A DNA stretch of 64,000 bases. Origin: Squalus acanthias (lineage: Eukaryota). The DNA lies in assembly GCA_030390025.1 (NCBI GenBank), contig CM059431.1:146074001-146138000 (forward strand), read 5' to 3'. Within the stretch, counting starts at the first letter, position 1; each line of letters starts with the position of its first letter. Positions 13,587 through 24,761 of the stretch are shown piece by piece. A program made the translations under genes and the position numbers. Below the pieces are notes generated by a model. The model was not told the origin of the DNA, ran no database searches, and was given only the letters and a program-made list of their open reading frames with translations.

Positions 13587-14489
13587 GGGTCCTTGTATGG
13601 TTGTCCGCGTTGAATTGTCAAAACCCAATAAAACATGGGGCACGCCCTTTGTAGGGTCGGGGGTGGGGATCGCGAATGATGGTGACAGAGGACCCAGAGT
13701 CGACCAGCATTAGTTGTTGATGGCCTCCCGAATCAACAATGCAGACTACCGGCCTCCCTTGACCATCGTGTTGGAGAGGGGAAGCCCGCCCTCCCCTTCT
13801 TATCCCGCGGGTTGGTGGTGGAAACGAATCATTTCACTGGTGTACCACAGAAACTGGTAGGGCTCTTTGACCGAGATTTAGGGCGGCTACGGTTGCCTCC
13901 ATTTTCTCAAACTGCTGCTCGACTGAGTCGGGGCCTATCTGCTTTGGGGGATTGTACCATTGGTGGGCATAGAGTCACTGGCGGTGGCAGAGATAGCAGC
14001 GCACCGAAGCACTTTTCCCTAGAGGTCTAGATGGCCCTGACTTTTGGTTAGGCAGTGGGCCCTCAACGGCCACTACTGCGGCCTTGGCAGGTGTCCCAGG
14101 GATATTGGCACGGTGCTGATCCCAAGCAGTCCTGGCATGGACGGCTATTTGGTCCCACTCGGTGTCTTTAGAGAATTAAATGCCCAGCGCATTATGGACC
14201 AACGGTTGGAGGCCATTAAGGAACAGGGTTTTTGAAGCCCGGGTTTTCGAAGTGTTCCCCTGCTCGCCCCCTGGTGCGCTGAAAGATATTGTGGAGTTTC
14301 TGCCCGAAGGTGTTCGGGCTCTCGGTAGGACCCTGTTTGGTGTTAGCTAGCAGTAGGTGAAAATCAATGCCCTCCTCCCCTTGCGTTTGGCATGGTTCGA
14401 ACTCAATCTCATCTATTGTGCCCCCCCCCTCATGATGTCCAGGTCCGTTTCTTGTTTTAATCCTGAGGAACATGCATCCAGGAGGACCT

Positions 14490-15215
14490 GAGTAGTGTAG
14501 AGGAACGAAGGGACCTTGGAGTGCATGTCTACAGATCCCTGAAGGTAGCAGGCCAGGTAGATAAGGTGGTTAAGAAGGCATACGGAATGCTTGCCTTTAT
14601 TTGCCGTGGCATAGAATACAAGAGCAGGGGGGTTATGCTTCAACTGTATAAAGCACTAGTTAGGCCTCAGCTAGAGTACTGCCTGCAGTTCTGGTCACCA
14701 CATTACAGGAAGGATGTGATTGCACTAGAGAGGGTACAGAGGAGATTGACAAGGATGTTGCCGGGAGGAGAGAATCTTAGCTATGAGGAAAGACTGGATA
14801 GGCTGGGTCTGTTTTCCAACAGAGGAGGCTGAGGGGAGACCTTATTGAGGTGTATAAAATTATGAGGGGTATAGATAAAGTGGATAGAAAGGACCTATTT
14901 CCCTTAGCAGAGGGGTCAAAAACCAGGGGGCACAGATTTAAAGTAATTGGGGGAAGGTTTAGAGGGGATTTGAGGGGAAATTTCTTCACCCAGAGGGTTG
15001 TGGGGGTCTGGAACTCACTGCCTGAAAGGGTGGTCGAGGCAGGAACACTAACCACATTTAAAAAGTACTTGGATCTGCACTTGGGATGCTCTAACCTGCA
15101 GGGCTACGGACCAAGAGCTGGGAAGTGGGATTAGGCTGGATAGCTCTTTGTTGGCCGGCACGGACACGATGGGCCGAAATGGCCTCCTTCCGTGCTGTAA
15201 CTTTCTATGATTCTG
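14490..15215 (+). mobile_element. CR1 LINE 3' fragment
   Basis: Near-identical to the 2500-3899 CR1. Confidence 0.9.
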
Positions 15216-15219
15216 TTTA

Positions 15220-16230
15220 AGGTCGCTCCCTTCTAGTTCTGGATGGGTAATTTAAAAAATCCTCCCCCGCTGCCCGAGCTCGAGGGGCTCGGTGTTTCCA
15301 TATCCACCGCCCCCAGGTTAGCTTTTAGTGTTCCCGCTATGACTCCCACGGGATAAGAAGGGGAGGGGGGCGGGGGTCTTCCCCTCTCCAAGACGATGGT
15401 CAAGGGAGGCCGGTAGAAGTAAAAGCTGGAGTTCCTTAGATTAGTAGAGAAATTCCAATTGAAATGAGACTGAAGGCGACAGCGTTTGACATCTCCAGAG
15501 CTAACATTATGCTGAATATAGAAAATGGAGAGGGGTAGCTCAGAGAATGCATGAAGAAGGATTGGCAGGTAACATAAAGGGGAATAGTAAAGGATTGTAT
15601 AGATATGTGGAACGTAAAGGAATAGTTAAAGAAAGGTTAGGGCGGATTAGAGGGGAAAATGAAATCTTTACATGAAGGATGAAGGATTGGCAAGAATAGC
15701 TTGCCTCAGTTACTACAAAAAAAAGTGTAATAGTGGGAATGAAAAAAAGGAGGTGGAACAATTAGATAGGGCAAATGTCGATAAGGAATTAGTACTGATA
15801 AACTAATGCTGGTCGACTCTGGGTCCTCTGTCACCATCATTCACGAACCGACAAAGGGCGTGCCCCAAGTTTTATTGGGTTTTGACAATTCAACACGAAC
15901 AACCATACGAGGATCGAGCGAGGCGCGGCCGTGGTGGCGGTTTCTGCCTCGCGACCAGTGGCGGGCGAGGAGGCTGCCTCACCTCCCAGGTTTCGGTCAG
16001 CCTGGCGCTCGGGGCTCGCGTACTGCCTTAGCTCGGGTGACCACACACACACACACACACACACTGGTATTGTCTCCCTTGCCTGACCATCCTTGTATGG
16101 TGGGGGCAGAGCAGAGGGAACCGAGGGAGCAGGGTCCCCAAATATATCGTCCCAGCCAGGGCCGGGATCTGCCGGTTTAATTTCGGAGACGGCTGCCACG
16201 ACTGCTCGCTGTTGGGTGAAGGGGAGTGAA
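15220..16230 (+). mobile_element. Second, inverted ERV pro fragment, split by a CR1 piece (~15420-15800)
   Basis: MLVDSGSSVTIIHEPTKGVPQVLLGFDNSTRTTI (15806 onward) and 15382-15416 are near-identical reverse complements of 13590-13785. Confidence 0.7.
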
Positions 16231-17675
16231 GGAGTTAATTTGAACTCATGTTAAATTAAAATAAATAATTTCTCGTTTCTGTATGAAATAGAATAAAGAG
16301 CCCAGGTGGAAGATAAGGCCTGGTTGAGAGTTGTGATACTTAGCAACATCCAAGGCCATAACACAATAGAACGACTGTAAGAGCCAGAGACAGGGCCTCT
16401 ACACAGCCGCATATATATGTCATTAATGCTTTTAGTTTGTAACTGACAGAGATAAGAATATAACGAATTAATGGTTTAGTTTGAATCGACATAATTGTTT
16501 AGTTTGAATCGACATAATTGTTTAGTTTGAATTGAAATATAACGAATTAATGATTTAGTTTGAGCTGACATAAATTGTTTAGAATATAACAAATTAATTG
16601 TTTAAGTTTGAATTGACATACTTGTAATCATGTGATATTTTGTAACTATGTGATTGGACAACTCTTCAATAAAAGGTTGTCATTGACAACGGGAGGGCGA
16701 GAAGCTGTAGTCACCAGGCCATGCAAGGTCTGTGACACTTCTCCCAGGGATCTCTGAATATTAAATAAACTGTTTTTGCTTTTACCTATCAACAGACTGG
16801 AGTGAAATAATTTCTCCCTAACATGGGCAATTTGTGCCTGAAGCTGTTGGGTTTTTGCGAGGCACAGGGCGTGATCTGCCTCGGGGGAGTGTAGGGTAGG
16901 GTGCATTTGTATGATTTAGTAAAACATTTTTGTAGAACTATAATATGTGAAATTGTATGTCAAAGGCCTAAAAGCTTGTATGAAATGGTGAATGGCTGAG
17001 AGAGAAGCAGGATGGGAAATTATGCCAACCTGACTGAAACTCGCTCTGTTTTCAATTACTGAAGTAATGGAATGGAATGCTAAGTTTATGGGGACGGTCA
17101 GGAACGTGGTATTCAGTAATGTGATGGAAAAGAGATAAGAGAAGAGAAGAGAGAAATTGAAGGCACCCCTCAGTGATACCCCTATAAAATGGACAGATTG
17201 TTTGGACAACATCTTGGGAAATGGTCTTTGGAAAGAGAACATCTGAAGATAAAGGGCACTTTGATATGCACAAAGCCAGACCTAGTGGGATCAACAAGGT
17301 CATAAAACATGTACCAGGTGTCAGATAGCTGGTCGCAGTCACGTAGGCAAAAGAAAGGAGAGTGTATAAAGGTACAGATTTTGAACACTGAAGGCAGCGC
17401 GAACCAGGTAATCAGAGTTGAAGGAACTTCAGTCGACAGGACACAGCAAGAAACCAGAGAAGCGAGCTTCAGTCAACAGAACACAGCAAGAGAATAAAGA
17501 GACCACACCACAGTCGCTCGGAAGGAATGCCGAGGCTCAAACGAACAAGACTGTGACTATCTCCTTGTTAAATATTACTTCTTTGTACCGGATGTTTAAT
17601 GCTTAATAAACCTCTTTTACTGATACACAATATACCTGTAGCCAGAGTGGTTTGTGTAGTCACGGACAAGTTATT

Positions 17676-18440
17676 GGGGCAGAAATTCGGGTCTCCACGG
17701 GCGAGTACGCACTATGCACTCACCCGTAGGGCCACCGGAAGTGCCGGTTTCGCGCATGCACTGCGCATGCACGGGAAACCGGAACTTCCGGTCTCGTGAA
17801 AGAAGGGGTTCGAGGGTCAACCGCGCGCGCCGGAGAGGCAGCGCGCATGCAGCGAACTTCATTTTTTTTTTCAGGTATCTCCGTGAGGGTAAGTACGGAG
17901 AAGCTGCGCAGGGAAAAAGGAGGCGCAAGGCCTGCTTTTAACAAGGTAAGTGGTGAATTAAGTACAATTTAAACATTTTTTCAACAGGTTTATCTTTTTT
18001 ACATACTTTAAAGAAAGGTAAGTTTATTTTTAGCACCGTTAAAAAGTGTAATTAATTTTTTCAAAAATTTTAATTTTTGTTTGAAGGAGTTAATTTATGT
18101 AATTTGTAGTTATTTTAAAAATGTGATGTGTTTTTCTTAATTTATTTGAAGTTTTAGTGAGGTTTTGGGGCCGATCTCTATTCATAGATTTGACAGGTCT
18201 TCCTGTCAAAATCTATGAATAGAGATTCCCTGCTCCGATTGGCTCTCCATGGCCCACGTGATCCCAGGGGATGCTTTGAACTAACTGCGCCCCTAGGATA
18301 CACAAGCACTGCGCGCCGGCAGCTGCAGGAGGCCCAGGAGCCGAAGTCCACGTGGGCCCGAAGCACAACGGCAGGCACGATAGGTAAGTACGCGCGCGAT
18401 CCTTGCTCCAGCGGGAAGCCGGAGAGCGAATTTCTGGCCC
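17676..18440 (+). mobile_element. MITE copy 2
   Basis: TIR GGGGCAGAAATTCG / CGAATTTCTGGCCC with TSD ATT. Confidence 0.82.
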
Positions 18441-18909
18441 ATTTTAAGAGCTTTTGGAAGCTACAGGAGGCGGTGCTCTGCTGTCGATGCAGTTCCCTTA
18501 CTGCCCCTCTCGCATCTTCCAACTCCTCTCTCAGCCTCTGGTTCTCTGCTGTAGTTCAATGTCTGTGTCGAGGATCTGGTCCAGCTTCCTTTGGGCACGC
18601 TGTGTTTTCTCATCTTCTCTTTGCTCCCGGGACGGCTGGGTGCGGAGCTCAGCGATGTCCTGCTGCAGCCGGCTTGTTTTGGTTTTTTGCAGCCGGCACG
18701 TTGATCCCCTTAACCCTTTAACATCCGGATTTAGCTGCGCAGCACACATGTGGGCCCCATGTACGCCAACTGATCCCGGCCTTTTTTTCAGCTTAAGTTT
18801 GTTTTGGTGGATGTCTGCCGAAAGTTTGTCAAGAATGCAATCATAGTTCCCGTTACTATCTTCTAAAACTCCTAGAACGCCCGTGGTGGCAGCCTTACCG
18901 ACTCCATGG

Positions 18910-20470
18910 TATCAGTGCTGGGTCCTTTGCTGTTTGTAGTGTACGTTAATGATTTAGATATGAATGTAGGAGGTATGATCAGTAAGTTTGCAGATGACAC
19001 GAAAATTGGTGGAGTGACAAATAGCGAGGAGTGAAGCCTCAGGCTACAGGACGATATAGACGGGTTGGTTAGATGGGCAGAACAGTGGCAAATGGAATTT
19101 AACCCTGAAAAGTGTGAGGTGATGCATTTTGGGAGGACTAACAAGGCAAGGGAATACACAATGAATGGTAGGACCCTAGGAAGGACAGAGGATCAGAGGG
19201 ACCTTGGTGTGCATGTACATAGATCCCTGAAGGCAGCAGGACAGGTAGCTAAGGTGGTTAAAAAGGCATATGGGATACTTGCCTTCATTAGCCGAGGCAT
19301 AGAATATAAGAGCAGGGAGGTTATGATGGAGCTGTACAAAACGCTATTTAGGCCACAGCTGGAATACTGTGTGCAGTTCTGGTCGCCACACTATAGGAAG
19401 GATGTGATTGCATTGGAGAGGGTGGAGAGGAGATTCACCAGGATGTTACCTGGGCTGCAGCGCTTCAGCTATGAAGAGAGACTGGACAGGTTGGGGTTGT
19501 TTTCCTTAGAGCAGAGAAGGCTGAGGGGGGCCCTGATTGAGGTGTACAAAATTATGAGGGGCATAGATAGGGTAGATAGAAAGGACCTTTTCCCCTTAGT
19601 AGAGGGGTCAATAACCAGGGGGTATAGTTTCAAGGTGTGGAAGTGCAGTTTACTTTTAAGACACAAATAAAATGGCCTCTCTAAAGTAAGTAATTTAAAA
19701 AGGAAATTCAAAATGGCTGACAGTAGGAGTCACCATAAGTAAATCATTCTAATTAGCTACAAGGATAGAGACAACTCGGAATTCCTTATCTAAGAAAAGC
19801 TTAGCAAAATAAAGCATCAATTAGTTCTGACCAGCTCAGGATGAGATGGGGTGAGCCATCGGCCCACGGATTGGAGAGTGAACATTGAACAAAGGGGTCT
19901 CATAAGGAAGATCGGGTTATCTGATCTTTAAGGAATTTCTGCTCGTTATTATAACGAAAACCTATGCAATAACTCACAAGTTTGTGCTTCATTACTCAGG
20001 ATGTTTAATGTTATGTCAAATGGCCTGTTCTGTGTTCTTTTTTTGTATAAAGTATGTTCAAATCTTGTAGGATTCGAAGCATTCTGACATAGCAACTTGA
20101 CTGTGTCAGAACCTTCCCTTGTAACAAGTAAACTTTATTAAAAAGCCTTCTTTGACACGATTTTATGTGTTCTACTCGGTATGTAAACTTCGACAAAGGT
20201 AAGGGGCAGGAGGTTTAGAGGGGTTTTGAGGAAAACCTTTTTCACCCAGAGGGTGGTTGGAATCTGGAACTCACTGCCTGAAAGGGTGGTAGAGGCAGGA
20301 ACCCTCACAACATTCAAGAAGCATTTAGATGGGCACTTGAAACGCCATAGCATACAAGGCTACGGACCAAGTGCTGGAAAATGGGATTAGAATAGACAGG
20401 GCTTGATGGCCGGCGCGGACACGATGGGCCGAAGGGCCTCTTTCTGTGCTGTATAACTCCATGACTCTAT
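18910..20470 (+). mobile_element. CR1 LINE 3' fragment (split by solo LTR)
   Basis: SKFADDTK...[10 protein letters not shown]; tail ccatgactctatga. Confidence 0.9.
19636..20195 (+). mobile_element. Solo LTR inserted in CR1
   Basis: TG...CA termini with 4-bp TSD AAGG; the CR1 sequence resumes exactly after it. Confidence 0.8.
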
Positions 20471-20627
20471 GATATACCAACGCCATTGTATTTCTGGTTT
20501 TACCTTTCAACAAGCTCTTTCCCACTCCCTTCAGTCAGAGAGAAAAAAACTATACTCAGTCTAAGCAACGATCACGTGTGTTTGACCGAGTCCCTCCGAC
20601 CGGAACCTTACAACTCCCAACTCTGTG

Positions 20628-20645
20628 ATCCCACTTCTGACACCA
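20628..20645 (-). promoter_or_regulatory. Primer binding site for tRNA-Leu(CAA)
   Basis: TGGTGTCAGAAGTGGGAT is the 18-nt complement of the tRNA-Leu 3' end ATCCCACTTCTGACACCA, one base after the LTR. Confidence 0.85.
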
Positions 20646-20646
20646 C

Positions 20647-21335
20647 TGTAAGATTCGGATCACAGGCCACACACAGATTACCCAAAGGGCCTTAGGAGTG
20701 GTAAGGCATTTTATGAAGGAGCGGCAGTTTAAGTTAAGTACAACAAGCATTCACGATAGACATAGTCGACATACGACCGCGACTAGCAGCTGGTATCGGT
20801 CCCGATCGGACAGACAGCTGACGTGCATGAACAGCTCTTCCCTTCCCTTCACCGTCTGTGCTAACAGCTCTTTAGATATCCCTTTATATCTCTTTTTAGG
20901 GGTGGGCCCAGGGTAGATTATCAAAGATAGAGTCAACAACCTTTCTAGCACACAAACAGCAGACAGCTAGTCTGGAAACAAGGTCATCGCCACGGTGCAG
21001 AATGTTATAACATCCGCAGGGAACCAAGAACAGCAGCAAATTCTAAGCGTCTCACCAGTTATTCTAATGTGTGAAGTCGCACAACACCAGGTTATAGTCC
21101 AACAGCTTTATTTGAAATCACAAGCTTTCGGAGCGCTGCTCCTTCGTCAGGTGAAGTCGCTCCGAAAGCTTGTGATTTCAAATAAAGCTGTTGGACTATA
21201 ACCTGGTGTTGTGCGACTTCTCACATTTGTCCACCCCAGTCCAACACCGGCATCTCCACATCACAGTTATTCTAACACCAGTCTGAAGAGACTTTATTGT
21301 CTCAAGTTTTTTCTTCCAATTCACGATTTCTTACA
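20647..21335 (-). mobile_element. Retroviral LTR (contains a Penelope insert at 21068-21263)
   Basis: Inverted termini TGTAAGA...TCTTACA. On the minus strand it is preceded by PPT AAGGTGGGGAGT and followed by the PBS. TATA-like GATATAAAGG lies near 20885. Confidence 0.8.
21068..21263. mobile_element. Short palindromic Penelope-like insert
   Basis: Inverted arms gaagtcgcacaacaccagg...cctggtgttgtgcgacttc; TSD CAGTTATTCTAA at 21056-21067 and 21264-21275. Confidence 0.8.
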
Positions 21336-21799
21336 ACTCCCCACCTTGAGAAGGAAATATCCTTATTGACTTCTCACAATCCTCTTTTGACTAATCTAGC
21401 TAGTTCTAAGTTATCGGCCCGCTGATACCATTCGTGCCCAGGGATGCTGGCTGGCATTATAGGCTACTCCCCACCACTCGTCCTCCCCTAATTTACTTAT
21501 CGCTTTCTCAACTTGGGCGTTAGTTAGTAGGGAGACTCAGAAATGAAGATTTCCCCCTTCCTTACAGTCCATTTCTTTGAGGGGGAGGAGCAACCTCTGA
21601 CCCCGCACTCAAATTCAATTCACTGTTCCGGTGTTCCAATTCTGCCCCGCCTGGGGTATCCTCTGTTTCTTCTATCTTTCCATATCTTACCCCACCTGGG
21701 GTCTCCTCTACATTGCTTTGGATCTTCTCTTTCAGTGTGCTCAATTAATTTGTTAGTGCTGGTTAGTCATAGGCATGAGTACCCAATTGGCTTATGTAT

Positions 21800-22255
21800 C
21801 AAAGTCTTACTACACAGGTTAGATATATCAAATACACTATCATTACAAGTTGGAGAACTACCAGAGCATGTGAGATAATACGAACCTAAGGGTATGCTGA
21901 TATATTGAGCCCAATATCCCACCAGTGTGAGTCGTCCCCTATGCTGTCAATTTCAATATTAATTCTCGAGTTGTCTTGCTCCAAAACATAAAAATGCTTT
22001 AGGGAGGAGTTCAGTCGCATCAGGAGCTCACTGAAGCCCTCAGACAACAGGGTAATGTAGTATCCGAATTGTGTCACATAATTGGGCAGCTCGTACTTAA
22101 TTATCTCATTTACTGTCAGTTTCACTCGAGCATAGGTTTTAATACTGATTAAAGCGTGTTGGTTGATGGGACAGGTCCTGTTAGACCCGTAAAGCATGGT
22201 AGTTGCGGTAGTAGTGACACAGGAGGCACCACCAAAACCACCTCATACTGGATTC
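21800..22255 (-). pseudogene. env-like glycoprotein C-terminal fragment
   Basis: GFGGASCVTTTATTMLYGSNRTCPIN...LSEGFSELLMRLNSSLKHF...DDSHWWDIGLNISAYP*VRIISHALVVLQLVMIVYLIYLTCVVRL*. It has N-glycosylation sequons, a helical heptad segment and a TM helix, and lies upstream of the PPT/LTR. Confidence 0.65.
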
Positions 22256-22260
22256 GTACT

Positions 22261-22930
22261 GGTTTTAAGAGTGTGGGGGACGGTCTCGCTTTAAGGGGGT
22301 CGGGGACGGTCTCGCTTTAAGAGGGACGGTTTCCCGTTAAGAGGGACGGTCTCGCTTTAAGAGTGTTGGCGACGGTCTCGCTTTAAGAGTGTTGGCGACG
22401 GTCTCGCTTTAAGAGTGTTGGCGACGGTCTCACTTTAAGAGCAGATGGTCTCGCTTTAAGAGCAGACGGTCTCGCTTTAAGAGGGTTGGAGACGGACTCG
22501 CTTTAAGATCGGACGGTCTCACTTTAAGAGTGCCGGGGATGGTCTCGCTTTAAGATGGATGGTCTCACTTTAAGAGGGACGGTCTCGCTTTAAGAGTGTC
22601 GGGGATGGTCTTGCTTTAAGAGTGTCGGGGACGGTCTCAGTTTAAGAGGGGCGGTCTCACTTTAAGAGTGTGGGGGACGGTCTCGCTTTAAGAGTGTCAG
22701 GGACGGTCTCACTTTAAGAGTGTTGGGGACGGTCTAGCTTTAAGAGTGTGGGGGATGATCACGCTTAAGAGGGCCTGTCTGGCTTTAAGAGGGTCGGGGA
22801 ATGGTCTTGCTTTAAGAGGGACGGTGATGGTCTCGCTTTAAGATGGACGGTCTCGCTTTAAGAGGGACGGTCTCGTTTTAAGAAGAAGTTTTGATGCGGT
22901 AGTGTCGGGGACAGTCTCGCTTTAAGAGGA
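22261..22930. repeat. GGGACGGTCTCGCTTTAAGA minisatellite, right block
   Basis: Same unit and orientation as the left block. Confidence 0.93.
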
Positions 22931-22976
22931 TTTCACACTTCTTTCAGCCTTAACCTGTCACATTAACACCTCCTCT

Positions 22977-23476
22977 NNNNNNNNNNNNNNNNNNNNNNNN
23001 NNNNNNNNNNNNNNNNNNNNNNNNNNNNNNNNNNNNNNNNNNNNNNNNNNNNNNNNNNNNNNNNNNNNNNNNNNNNNNNNNNNNNNNNNNNNNNNNNNNN
23101 NNNNNNNNNNNNNNNNNNNNNNNNNNNNNNNNNNNNNNNNNNNNNNNNNNNNNNNNNNNNNNNNNNNNNNNNNNNNNNNNNNNNNNNNNNNNNNNNNNNN
23201 NNNNNNNNNNNNNNNNNNNNNNNNNNNNNNNNNNNNNNNNNNNNNNNNNNNNNNNNNNNNNNNNNNNNNNNNNNNNNNNNNNNNNNNNNNNNNNNNNNNN
23301 NNNNNNNNNNNNNNNNNNNNNNNNNNNNNNNNNNNNNNNNNNNNNNNNNNNNNNNNNNNNNNNNNNNNNNNNNNNNNNNNNNNNNNNNNNNNNNNNNNNN
23401 NNNNNNNNNNNNNNNNNNNNNNNNNNNNNNNNNNNNNNNNNNNNNNNNNNNNNNNNNNNNNNNNNNNNNNNNNNNN
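22977..23476. other. Assembly gap (500 N)
   Basis: Run of exactly 500 N. Confidence 0.99.
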
Positions 23477-23608
23477 CCGCCCTCCCCCCCCCTCTGCTCC
23501 CCCCCCCCCCACTCGCTCCCCCTCGGCCTCTGATGCTCTACCCGTGGGTCTGTGTGTGAGAGCCTGATTGAGGTTTAAGGAGCTTCTCCCCATTCCCTCC
23601 CTCTGCAG

Positions 23609-23727
23609 CACTCCTGGGGATGTTGTATGAAGACAAGGAGCGACAGGATTTCATTTTCTGCATCTATCACTGGTGGCAAGCGATGGCCATCTTCGGTGTT
23701 TATCTCTGGTCTGCCACCTACATGAAG
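23609..23727 (+). CDS. UNC93B1: UNC93B1 penultimate exon (119 bp)
   Basis: Acceptor ctctgcag|CA and donor AAG|gtgagt; encodes LLGMLYEDKERQDFIFCIYHWWQAMAIFGVYLWSATYMK. Confidence 0.92.
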
Positions 23728-24761
23728 GTGAGTGTCTCCATTTCCATCATGGGACTCTGAGCCCTGGCTTCAATTGTTAAATTACCAGGACTGGTTGCAC
23801 AGACGAGGCTTCTGTTCCCTCAAAGGAGAGAAATGTTTCCACTGGTGGGGCTGGGGGTTAATTAAAGATGTCAAAACTGAGATTCATCGGTGTTTGTTTG
23901 GTCGGGATATTAAGGGTTACAGAAGTAGATGGAGTTAAGATACAGACGCTCTAATTACATGGGGCTGAACGGCCTCCTCCTGTTCCTGTGTAACAGGCTC
24001 GAGCGGCTGAATGGCCTCCTCCTCTTCCTGTGTAACAGGCTCGAGGGGCTAAATGGCCTCCTCCTGTTCCCGTGTAACAGGCTCGAGGGGCTGAATGGCC
24101 TCCTCCTGTTCCTGTGTAACAGGCTCGAGGGGCTGAATGGCCTCCTCCAGTTCCCGTGTAACAGGCTCGAGGGGCTGAATGACCTCTTCCTGTTCCTGTG
24201 TCACAGGTTCGAGGGGCTGAATAGCCTCCTCCTGTGCCTATGGTGACCCACCCTTGTGCCGGCTTAATGAACGGCCTACCAAATAATCCCACTCTACTGC
24301 TATTTCTCCATATCCCTGCAGTGTAAAGGGAGCTTTACTCTGTATTTAACCCGTGCTGTACCTGCCCTGGGATGGTTTGATGGGACAGTGTAGAGGGAGC
24401 TTTACTCTGTATCTAACCCGTGCTGTTTGATTTTTTGGACCAGGTGAAGTTGGCAATACTTCTGGTGACCTTGGTTGTTGCCGTCCTCTCGTATCTGTGG
24501 ATGGAGCAGAAACTGGCGCGGAGAATCCCGTTCCGCATTCCCCGAATCCCGAAACCTCGGCACAAGGTGCGAGGATATCGCTACCTGGAGGACGAGAATT
24601 CCGACGAGTCAGAGGAAGAGGAGGAGAAATCGGGTGATGCTGATGACCCGGACCTCGACCCTGACCTCCGACCCCTCGCTCCCGGCCTAGACCCTGACCT
24701 GCAACCCGTCGCTCCCGGCCTAGACCCTAACCTCCGACCCCTCGACCCCGGCCTAGACTGA
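23609..24761 (+). CDS. UNC93B1: UNC93B1 (TLR trafficking chaperone), last two coding exons: join(23609..23727,24444..24761); upstream exons not seen in window
   Basis: The spliced translation LLGMLYEDKERQDFIFCIYHWWQAMAIFGVYLWSATYMK|VKLAILLVTLVVAVLSYLWMEQKLARRIPFRIPRIPKPRHKVRGYRYLEDENSDESE matches the recalled UNC93B1 C-terminus (LLGILYEDKERQDFIFTIYHWWQA...KVRGYRYLEEDNSDESD). Splice sites are canonical AG/GT. Confidence 0.93.
23960..24240. repeat. 42-bp minisatellite derived from the CR1 3' end
   Basis: Unit AACAGGCTCGAGGGGCTGAATGGCCTCCTCCTGTTCCTGTGT. Confidence 0.9.
24444..24761 (+). CDS. UNC93B1: UNC93B1 terminal coding exon
   Basis: Acceptor ttttttggaccag|GTG; last TM helix, PKP and YRYL motifs, acidic stretch; TGA at 24759-24761. 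Confidence 0.9.
   Translation: MKLAILLVTLVVAVLSYLWMEQKLARRIPFRIPRIPKPRHKVRGYRYLEDENSDESEEEEEKSGDADDPDLDPDLRPLAPGLDPDLQPVAPGLDPNLRPLDPGLD

Larger units (their letters stand above)
12507..22260 (-). mobile_element. Degraded endogenous retrovirus region: env fragment, PPT, LTR, PBS, gag, pro, RT fragment and LTR end, with nested insertions
   Basis: Env-like TM segment at 21800-22255 and LTR 20647-21335 with TGTAAGA/TCTTACA ends. PBS at 20628-20645. Gag MHR-like KQGPTESPNTFGQKL (~14300), protease MLVDSGSSVTII (~13680-13715), RT SPDWSVRKLGYYRMTIDYRKLN (12662-12850). The LTR terminus is repeated at 12507-12558. Confidence 0.75.
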
